Origin: a virus
IMG/VR virus record: IMGVR_UViG_3300045988_148533
Coordinates: 1-64,000 of that record
Length of the DNA: 64,000 nucleotides
Strand: one strand, 5' to 3'
The first letter of the stretch is position 1; every line of letters starts with the position of its first letter. Under the pieces are notes generated by a model. That model was not told the DNA's origin, searched no databases, and worked only from the letters and a program-made list of their open reading frames with translations. Both the position numbers and the translations under genes were made by a program. Positions 52,922-59,997 of the stretch are shown one piece after another.

Positions 52922-53442
52922 ACGGCCATGAAATTAACTATACGGATTATAAACGTCTCCACAGGCCCGACACGTACCCTGTGGAGGTATGAGTTGACGA
53001 GTGGAGGGAAAGGGTTAGGAGAAGGAGCATATCACTGAAAAACTGACCCCTCTAAAATAATTTTACCGACCCCTCCTGACTCTCCAAAATAATCTTACTA
53101 ACCGCTCTAAACTATCTAAAAACCCCTTTTTCCATGTCCCACTCTTAACACTCAAACCAGCCCATTTCCCTGCTCCCCTCCAAACCATCTACCGCCTCCT
53201 AAGCCCATTTCCTTTCTTTCCATTACCTCCATATATACCCTCAGTGAAGAGTACTGATAGGCAATGGTAGAAGGATGGAGTGGATGGATAGGGTGTGGAT
53301 TCGGGGTAATGGATTAGGGGTCAGAGAAGTAGACTATGATGGAGAACCGACCTGTTCGGTCGGTTCACTATCGGAAAGGGCTCTCTGAAAGGCGTTTATC
53401 AACAATTTCCAGTCAGGAAGGAACGGTTCGCAGTCGAAACTT

Positions 53443-54069
53443 CTAATCCCCCTCCGAAAACCTTATCGAAAACTCACTCACAAGCACTGGGTCTGCTGCT
53501 GCAAGTCTCCTAAACAGACGCTTCGCTCTGTGGCACAGACGATGTGCCTCCCGTTCCTCCATACCGCACATCGCTCCCACCTCATCATACGGCATCTCGT
53601 ACACGTAGTGCAGGCGCAGAACCTTTGCCAGCTCCGCAGGCATCTCATCCAGCACAGCGGATATCCTCCTGCTGTTCTCATTCCTCTCTGCCTCCTCCTC
53701 AGGCGTAACCCCGTCGGGGTCGGGCAGCTGGAACTCCTGCTCATCGTCAGGGTCCCCGACGGGTGCGTCAATGCTTGTAAGGGTCAGCCGCTTCTTCCTT
53801 ACGTAGTCTATGGCGCAGTTGCGTCCTATCCTCACGAGCCATGCGCTGAGCTGATATGTAGGGGTATAGGTGTCGAGCCTGTCAAAGGCCTTTGTGAATG
53901 TCTCCGAAACTATGTCCTCTATTGCAAAGGGGTCAGGCACTCTCTTATATACGTGCCACATCACCATGTTCTTGTATTTCCTGTATATCTTCTGGTAGGC
54001 ACTCTGGTCTCCGCAGAGTGCCCTCTGCACGTAGTAGAAGTCGGTGCGCTTGTTGCTCTCCTGTTTCAT
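53443..54069 (-). CDS. ECF-type sigma-70 family RNA polymerase sigma factor
   Basis: Region 2: YRKYKNMVMWHVYKRVPDPFAIEDIVSETFTKAFDRLDTY...WLVRIGRNCAIDYVRKKR. Region 4: LRLHYVYEMPYDEVGAMCGMEEREAHRLCHRAKRLF. Confidence 0.8.
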   Translation of the reverse strand: MKQESNKRTDFYYVQRALCGDQSAYQKIYRKYKNMVMWHVYKRVPDPFAIEDIVSETFTKAFDRLDTYTPTYQLSAWLVRIGRNCAIDYVRKKRLTLTSIDAPVGDPDDEQEFQLPDPDGVTPEEEAERNENSRRISAVLDEMPAELAKVLRLHYVYEMPYDEVGAMCGMEEREAHRLCHRAKRLFRRLAAADPVLVSEFSIRFSEGD

Positions 54070-54092
54070 TTTCCTATATTGTTTTTCTTTGG

Positions 54093-54695
54093 TTATTCAC
54101 TCAACTGCCTGTGCGGATTGCGGTCACGGCTTATCACGTTGCTAAGGGTGCTCACCGCCAGCACCTCAGCCATGTCCGGCTCCTTTCTGTCGGCACTGTC
54201 ATCCCTGTACTTCTCCCACTCAGCATCCTCCTCACAGGGGTACAGGCTGTAACGCGCGATGTAGGCCGACTGGAACAGCTTGCGCAGTCGTCTCCTCTCA
54301 CGCTGGTAGTTATCCCTGTGCCATTCCCACAGATTGTTCAACTCAATATACTCAGCCTCCGTCATGGGGGCCTCAATTATATTGTAGTTGGCATCAGCGG
54401 TGCGGTATATCTTCACCTCATTCAAGTAGCGGGCATTGGCTCCATACAGGCTCGTCCACAGCTGCAAGAACAGCTTTACGACGGTGCTCCTGACGCGCCA
54501 GCTCCGCAGCCGCTTTTCATCGTCAAACATCTCCTCAACGGTTATGCCGTAACGGCTGCACAGGCTCTCAAGCATTCTCTGTGCATTGACCTGCTCACCG
54601 CCCACCCCTCTCAGGGCGAGCTCCCTTAGCTTTGTCAGCTTCACCCTTACTGACTCGGGTATCTCAACAGTGTTAATTTCCATGGCCTTAATCAT
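54093..54695 (-). CDS. hypothetical protein (200 aa)
   Basis: ORF track. N-terminal KLRELALRGVGGEQVNAQRMLESLCSRYGI is a helical motif of unclear family. Confidence 0.6.
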   Translation of the reverse strand: MIKAMEINTVEIPESVRVKLTKLRELALRGVGGEQVNAQRMLESLCSRYGITVEEMFDDEKRLRSWRVRSTVVKLFLQLWTSLYGANARYLNEVKIYRTADANYNIIEAPMTEAEYIELNNLWEWHRDNYQRERRRLRKLFQSAYIARYSLYPCEEDAEWEKYRDDSADRKEPDMAEVLAVSTLSNVISRDRNPHRQLSE

Positions 54696-54696
54696 T

Positions 54697-55044
54697 TTAT
54701 TTTGTTATTTCATCAATCTTCTTCATAAAACTGTTATAGGCGTTGTAGAATTCACGTATAACCTCCTGATTCTTGTCATTCTGAGCAATGTTCAAAATAA
54801 TACCTATCTGAAGCATCGCCTTGCGCACCTCACTTGCGTGCTGAGCAAGTTCAACCTTGTCGCCCTGCATCTCATCAATGTAAAAGGCGTTTTCCCTGCT
54901 CTTCTCCAGCATATTCTCCTTACGCCACTTGCGGCAGAAGGTGTCCTTGTCATCAGTGCAGTTCATATATTCCTCATTGATTTGTTCCCACTGTACCTGT
55001 GTGGGGTAGAAATTGGTGCGGTCGGTAAATTCCTTGAGTGTCAT
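54697..55044 (-). CDS. hypothetical protein (115 aa)
   Basis: Start moved to MTLKEFTDRT (55044), because the promoter box 55077..55086 lies inside the longer ORF. Confidence 0.6.
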   Translation of the reverse strand: MTLKEFTDRTNFYPTQVQWEQINEEYMNCTDDKDTFCRKWRKENMLEKSRENAFYIDEMQGDKVELAQHASEVRKAMLQIGIILNIAQNDKNQEVIREFYNAYNSFMKKIDEITK

Positions 55045-55076
55045 AGCTTGTTTCCTCCTTTCGTTTTGTTTTACAC

Positions 55077-55086
55077 TGCAAATATA
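55077..55086 (-). promoter_or_regulatory. early-type promoter core (TATATTTGCA plus GTAAAACAAAAC leader); upstream element divergent
   Basis: Minus strand TATATTTGCAGTGTAAAACAAAACGAAAGGAGGAAACAAGCTATG. Confidence 0.55.
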
Positions 55087-55281
55087 GTTACTAATCTGGA
55101 ACCGCAATGAAATTTTCTGAATTTTTCGTAAAATTTTCGCACAGCCTCTTCCTTGCAGTAATTCTCCTCTGCAGCTTGCAGCAGTACATCTGCCCCACCT
55201 GAGGATTGCTCCAGAACCAGACTCACTCATTGCAGTGAGTGAGTATGTCCTTGGTACTTTTCTGAACGTTCTGGTTCATGG

Positions 55282-55881
55282 CTATCTTCGGTTCATGTAC
55301 TGCAAGTGCTCCTCCATCCAGCTGTTAATCCACCCTCCGGGATTGAGGCGGTGTATCCATCTGCGGTGCAGCGTATATATCTCCTTCAGGTTCTTAGTGT
55401 TTATATCCGGCCATATATCAAAGTATATGGTGTCATAATGCTCGTCCTTGGGCGGCCTGTACTCCAGTATGTCTGCACACACTATTTTTATCGGCAGGTC
55501 GCTTAATTTCGGTCCTACAACGTCTATAACGTCCTGATACTTCTCATACACGGTTATTGACCTAACGTCACCGCTGTCAATCTTTTCCCTGAGTGCGTTG
55601 AGTATCAGCCCAATACCCAGTCCGGCCACCATCACGTCACCGTAGGCGTGCTGCACAAAGGACTGATTGCTGCTGCGTTCCATGTCGGTGTCGCTCATGT
55701 ACAACTGACCGTTCACATATAATTTCACGTACTCTCCGGGGGACACGTTCATTCCCAGACAGCCGTTCAACAGGTTTCCAAAATTATACGCCTCAGCCTC
55801 CTGATTAGAAATGGTGAATCTCTCTATGCGACACAGGCCCTGCTGCTCATTCTGTTTATACAGTTCTGCTACTCCTTCCAT
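55282..55881 (-). CDS. class I SAM-dependent methyltransferase-like protein
   Basis: DVMVAGLGIGLILNAL (GxGxG motif I), ITVYEKYQDVIDV, YDTIYFDIWPD. Confidence 0.5.
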   Translation of the reverse strand: MEGVAELYKQNEQQGLCRIERFTISNQEAEAYNFGNLLNGCLGMNVSPGEYVKLYVNGQLYMSDTDMERSSNQSFVQHAYGDVMVAGLGIGLILNALREKIDSGDVRSITVYEKYQDVIDVVGPKLSDLPIKIVCADILEYRPPKDEHYDTIYFDIWPDINTKNLKEIYTLHRRWIHRLNPGGWINSWMEEHLQYMNRR

Positions 55882-55889
55882 AGTCCCCC

Positions 55890-56216
55890 TTATCTCAACA
55901 GGTTTATAACATGGGAATTGACTGAACTGTTCTCCACTGCAACAATACCGCTGCCACAGCAGTTGAACCAGTAAATGCCGATGTATCCATCACCCTTCCA
56001 CAGGCGATAGCTCGTACTCTTAGTAACCCACACCTCCCCGATGCCGAGGGTGTAGTCCAGATTGTCAGCGGTGCGTGTAGGCTTCTTGAACTTACTGTCG
56101 GGGTTTGTCTCCACACAGTCAGTGTAGGGGTTGATGTCGCTTATTTCCCTTACTACGAGGGCCTCTCCTGCCCTGTTGATGAATGCCTTTAATGTGCTTT
56201 TAGTAATCTTTTTCAT
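55890..56216 (-). CDS. hypothetical protein (108 aa)
   Basis: Start moved to MKKITKSTLK (56216). The ORF-track start overlaps the promoter box. Confidence 0.6.
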   Translation of the reverse strand: MKKITKSTLKAFINRAGEALVVREISDINPYTDCVETNPDSKFKKPTRTADNLDYTLGIGEVWVTKSTSYRLWKGDGYIGIYWFNCCGSGIVAVENSSVNSHVINLLR

Positions 56217-56239
56217 GGCTCTTTGTTTTTTGTTTACGA

Positions 56240-56291
56240 TGCAAATATAGTCCATGATTTTGTAACCGCCAAGAAAAATCCTGAAATTTTT
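56240..56291 (-). promoter_or_regulatory. early promoter family member 4
   Basis: TATATTTGCA (56240..56249), 19-nt spacer, CCAAGAAAAATCCTGAAATTTTTC (from 56269). The CCTGAAATTTTTCAGG palindrome overlaps the stop of 56291..57130. Confidence 0.6.
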
Positions 56292-57130
56292 CAGGAAAAC
56301 TTCACATAATTTAAAATTGTTGTCTTAATCCCCATAATTTCAACATTTTTCTTTATTCTGGCCATCTTAATGTGCAGCTCATCACCCACCTTATAACCGT
56401 TATCACAATGTGGGTAATTAGCTGTCTTACTACCAAAATCCATCCTAAACTCATTACCCCTGTCATCCACTGCCTTAATCTTACAGGTACAGGCGGATGC
56501 GTATGGACTGTCAAGCAGTTCGTTTTTAACAATCTTAACGGATGTTATTCTTACACGTAAATCAAGAATTTTATCACCCTCAGCACCGATATACTCACTC
56601 CTGCTGTTAGCCTTATTTTTCTCTCTTTTTGCCGTAAAATAGGCCTCCACCTGATTGTCAATATTGGTGAAATTATTTATAATCCTTGCAGAGTTTGTCG
56701 TAAATCTGTTCTTGCTTATGTAAATCAGATAGTTAATGTCCTTTTCAGCTACTTCAGAAATTTTTTCACCCTTGTATTTACCAAACTGAAAAATGTCTCC
56801 ACTATAATCATACTCCACAGTGGCTTCGTCATAAATTCTAAGCACCTTGCCGGAATTACCCATAAAATCCAATGCCTTTTCAACAGCTATATTAAAGTTG
56901 TTGGAAAGAGTGCGTATGTACCTGTATGGATTGTAAAGGGGCATATTTTTAATGTCCTTAGGATAATAGTACCGCCACAGAGTGAACATGGCCAACTTTT
57001 TACCGACTGTTATAAAGAAATAGTCGTTATCGCTGATATTATCGGTTAGGGTTGAATTATACCTGTCAACCATTTCAAGCCCCTTTGTAGTGTCAATTTC
57101 CCTAAAACCCTTAGAAACTGCTGTATTCAT
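56291..57130 (-). CDS. hypothetical protein (279 aa) with an FGKYKG..I.EV...DINYL motif; AT-rich gene
   Basis: ORF track. FQFGKYKGEKISEVAEKDINYLIYI resembles the DUF3820-type motif (from memory). Hand-sampled GC is about 40 percent, against roughly 55 percent in neighbours. Confidence 0.6.
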   Translation of the reverse strand: MNTAVSKGFREIDTTKGLEMVDRYNSTLTDNISDNDYFFITVGKKLAMFTLWRYYYPKDIKNMPLYNPYRYIRTLSNNFNIAVEKALDFMGNSGKVLRIYDEATVEYDYSGDIFQFGKYKGEKISEVAEKDINYLIYISKNRFTTNSARIINNFTNIDNQVEAYFTAKREKNKANSRSEYIGAEGDKILDLRVRITSVKIVKNELLDSPYASACTCKIKAVDDRGNEFRMDFGSKTANYPHCDNGYKVGDELHIKMARIKKNVEIMGIKTTILNYVKFS

Positions 57131-57152
57131 ATCATTACGTTTTGTTTACAGG

Positions 57153-57204
57153 CGCAAAATTGGGTTTTTAAGATTGGATATCCAAGAAAAATCTTGAAAA
57201 TTTC
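57153..57204 (-). promoter_or_regulatory. early promoter family member 5 (weaker -7 box CAATTTTG)
   Basis: 19-nt spacer to CCAAGAAAAATCTTGAAAATTTC (57182..57204). ATG 57130 lies 23 nt downstream of the box. Confidence 0.5.
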
Positions 57205-57304
57205 AATAAAAATCGTAAGGGCCGACCACTGGTCGACCCCTAACTATGTAAACAAAACGAGTCATGAAAGGAGGAACCTCCTCTTAGACCCTCTATTAAC
57301 GGTG

Positions 57305-57766
57305 CTACTCCGTTCGACTCCGAATCATCCACGCCTCCTTCTCCATCTCCACAAGAGTGTCCTCAAGCAGCGTTCTCGTACCTAAGTCGTCCTCAGGGAG
57401 CTGACCGTGCACCATCTTAATGCCCCCTATCAGCGTCTTCCAGTCAGCGTGTACGGCCACCCATATCTCCTTTCCGGTGGGCACAGGGGCTGTTGCAGGC
57501 ACTTCCTGAATGTGGTTGCGCTCAAGCATTTCTCTCATGCTGCTCACAGGGCGTCCATCCAGAACTCGTATGCGCTCGGCGAGAGCGTCAATGCGGTCAT
57601 ACTCCTTCTCGTAGAGCTCCTGAAGGTAGGCGTGATTGTTTCCGAACATCGTTCCCCTTACATTCCAGTGGTACTGCCACAGCTTCAGGAACATTGTAAA
57701 ACTGTCGGCCAACAGGCCATTGAGCATCACTACCGTTCTGCTCTGATTGCTTTCATTGTTTTCCAT
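57305..57766 (-). CDS. dps: Dps-family ferritin-like protein
   Basis: LNGLLADSFTMFLKLWQYHWNVRGTMFGNNHAYLQELYEKEYDRIDALAERIRVLDG matches the Dps ferroxidase-centre region. Confidence 0.8.
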   Translation of the reverse strand: MENNESNQSRTVVMLNGLLADSFTMFLKLWQYHWNVRGTMFGNNHAYLQELYEKEYDRIDALAERIRVLDGRPVSSMREMLERNHIQEVPATAPVPTGKEIWVAVHADWKTLIGGIKMVHGQLPEDDLGTRTLLEDTLVEMEKEAWMIRSRTE

Positions 57767-57768
57767 TT

Positions 57769-59349
57769 TTACTCCTCATTTTTATCGTTGTTACTGTCTT
57801 TCTTACGTGCCTCTCTGCGCTCCTTTCTGCGTGCAGCCACCCTCTCTCTGCGTGCCCTCTCGTCCTCCTGTGCCTTTGCATTCCGCAGTTTTTGCTTCTT
57901 TTCGTTCCTCCTGCGTCGTTCTGCCTCGTCCCTACGTACATTCACCTCGCCTGCCTCCTTCATCGCCTTATGACGAGCAATTGACTCTCCTATCGCCCCC
58001 TTAATACGCATCCCCTTGGGCTGGGGATAATGCTTGTTAAGGGCATAGTCCACCTCGAACTCGTGCTTAGGGTCTGGGCCGTCACTGTCCACAGGTGTAA
58101 GGTCCTGATAGCCTTCCGACTCATCAAGCTCCGTAACATTACGGCTGTCCGGTGTAGTGGGGTTGGCTCGGTGTGTCTCTCTGGCTTTGCTTTCCTTGAG
58201 GCTTCGCAGACGCATTAGAATGTCCTTGCGGTGTGCCTCGGCCTGCTCGGCAGCAGTGGGGTCGGCTTCCTCCACAACCTCCGCAATAGGAGAAAACTCC
58301 TTTATGAATTTCTTGCTGTTCTCCTTTATTTCCTCCCAGTTGTACGTCTTTATAAGCGCAGAGGGCAGGGTTACGCTCGTTTCGTCAAGGACATTGCCGT
58401 TAAATCCGTTCATGCGGCTGTACCAGCTGCTCGCGAGCTGTCCTATCAGCACGGCTGGATTCAGTCCGGCCTTAGCTGCCGTCAGTCCTATCACGAGACT
58501 GTTGATGCTCAGGGTACGCATCACCTCCATGACGTTCGTCTCAGCGTGCAGGGTGGCATTAATGTCTATTCGGCCGTCAATAGTCATCTTTAGGTCATTG
58601 CCCTTCACCTCCTTGCGTGCCTGCTCCAGTATCCTGATTATCAGATTGCAGTAGTCAACATTGCTGCCTCCTGCCGCCTTGTTCTTAATCTCTATGTCCA
58701 CAAGCATCTGGTTCAGCACCTCCAGACGGCCTGTCTCAGTGGCCACCCTGAAGTCCTTACTGTGCAGCACGTACTCCGCTCTACGCTTAGTGATAATATC
58801 ACGATTATCCACATAGAACTTCTTTAGCTCGTCCTCCGGCACCTTAATTCGGTACTCCTTCGCCATCACCTTGGCTACATCAGTAACGGTGTAGAACTTG
58901 CCGAACATCTCCAGTATAGGAGCGGTGTAGTCCACTATGTTTCGGGGCTTTCGACTGTTTATCCCCATTGCCTTATTCAGCGTCAGGACAGCATTCTGAT
59001 ACTCCCTGTCCAGTCTAAGGTACTGCATCCTGAGCGCATTTGCCCGACGCACGGCACTCATGTCACCGCCCTGAGTCTTTATGTAGGCGGTTACGTTCAC
59101 CGTTGTCTGAAAGTCAATCGTAAGCGTGTGTTCCTGCTCCGTTCCGACCTGCACCTGCACCTCTCCATAGCGCACAGGGCTGAGGTCTCTTACCTCCTTG
59201 GCCCACTCCGCAGCTATCCACAGGTCCATGATATCGTCACTTGCATCCACTATGTAGTCGGGAGCCTGCTTACGCAGACGCTCCACGTCCTCCTCGGTTA
59301 TCCTTCTGCTTACGTATCTCTTGGGTTTCTCTTCCTCTGCCATAGTCAT
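57769..59349 (-). CDS. hypothetical protein (526 aa) with an extremely basic Arg/Lys/Glu C-terminal tail
   Basis: ORF track. The last ~60 aa are RRDEAERRRRNEKKQKLRNAKAQEDERARRERVAARRKERREARKKDSNNDKNEE. Confidence 0.65.
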   Translation of the reverse strand: MTMAEEEKPKRYVSRRITEEDVERLRKQAPDYIVDASDDIMDLWIAAEWAKEVRDLSPVRYGEVQVQVGTEQEHTLTIDFQTTVNVTAYIKTQGGDMSAVRRANALRMQYLRLDREYQNAVLTLNKAMGINSRKPRNIVDYTAPILEMFGKFYTVTDVAKVMAKEYRIKVPEDELKKFYVDNRDIITKRRAEYVLHSKDFRVATETGRLEVLNQMLVDIEIKNKAAGGSNVDYCNLIIRILEQARKEVKGNDLKMTIDGRIDINATLHAETNVMEVMRTLSINSLVIGLTAAKAGLNPAVLIGQLASSWYSRMNGFNGNVLDETSVTLPSALIKTYNWEEIKENSKKFIKEFSPIAEVVEEADPTAAEQAEAHRKDILMRLRSLKESKARETHRANPTTPDSRNVTELDESEGYQDLTPVDSDGPDPKHEFEVDYALNKHYPQPKGMRIKGAIGESIARHKAMKEAGEVNVRRDEAERRRRNEKKQKLRNAKAQEDERARRERVAARRKERREARKKDSNNDKNEE

Positions 59350-59780
59350 TCAAATGTTATCCCGCTGTACTTTCCACGCAGCACTACACCGCAGCAGTCC
59401 TTCATTTCAAGCACAGCGACATATTTTCCAGTGTTATAGTGTATTCTACCGTACTCAGACAGCACCCCCTCAGCCTCCTCACGACTGTTCGCACGTACAA
59501 TCACCTCCACCGCTGCACCCTTGGGAGAAGTATTCACATAGCCTCGGTAGTATCCGTAGCCGTCCTCCATGTCGGCCAGAGGCAGTCCAGCAACGTCCGT
59601 GAATTTAGTAGGGGTAAAGGAATCAGGGGTGGCGTCAGCATGGGGTATTGCAGTACCCATTTCAGCTGCCATTGACACAAAGCGACCCCACAGTCGGCAG
59701 GCATCCTCAGGGGTGGAGGCCTCAACGTACCACCACCCCTCGGGATTCAAAAATGTATAGAATGTTCTGCTGCTATTCAT
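59346..59780 (-). CDS. hypothetical protein (144 aa)
   Basis: Start moved to MNSSRTFYTF (59780), which overlaps the upstream stop by 8 nt. Confidence 0.55.
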   Translation of the reverse strand: MNSSRTFYTFLNPEGWWYVEASTPEDACRLWGRFVSMAAEMGTAIPHADATPDSFTPTKFTDVAGLPLADMEDGYGYYRGYVNTSPKGAAVEVIVRANSREEAEGVLSEYGRIHYNTGKYVAVLEMKDCCGVVLRGKYSGITFE

Positions 59781-59994
59781 CGTCCTCAGTTCTTGGTCTC
59801 CGCTTGAACATCGTAACGTCCTCCACACCCACGTACCACCACTCCGTCCTCGTGCCTACCTTCAGTCGTGTGGGAACTTCCTGTCGTGGGGGGTATGTCT
59901 CCAGCACCACTCCGAGAGTATTCTCGGCAAAGTAGTGACCGCTGCCGTTGTGGCGTATGCGAACGATGTCCCCCTTGCGTATTATCTTCTTCAT
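59773..59994 (-). CDS. small protein (73 aa) immediately downstream of the chaperonin gene
   Basis: ORF track. KGDIVRIRHNGSGHYFAENTLGVVLE suggests a small beta-barrel-like domain. Confidence 0.55.
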   Translation of the reverse strand: MKKIIRKGDIVRIRHNGSGHYFAENTLGVVLETYPPRQEVPTRLKVGTRTEWWYVGVEDVTMFKRRPRTEDDE

Positions 59995-59997
59995 AGG

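Noticed and set aside
53041-53345. Long hairpin formed by the C-rich tract pairing with the following G-rich tract
   Set aside because: Hand alignment of the G-rich tract against the reverse complement of the C-rich tract gave only scattered short matches (for example CCATTACC/GGTAATGG). This is not enough to claim a duplex and needs folding software.
53530-54629. Two long plus-strand ORFs (240 and 243 aa)
   Set aside because: They are antisense to the sigma-factor gene and to 54093..54695, both of which have recognisable or well-packed minus-strand coding. These are GC-rich shadow frames.
57308-57335. tRNA-like T-arm string GTTCGACTCCGAATC
   Set aside because: It lies inside the 3-prime end of the Dps CDS. 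No acceptor, anticodon or D-arm pairing could be built around it. No other tRNA-like sequence was found by eye.
57194-57385. 63-aa plus-strand ORF and a plus-strand GTAAACAAAAC leader-like string at about 57248
   Set aside because: No -7 box precedes it. The ORF overlaps the Dps 3-prime end in antisense. It is probably a relic or a chance match to the leader motif.
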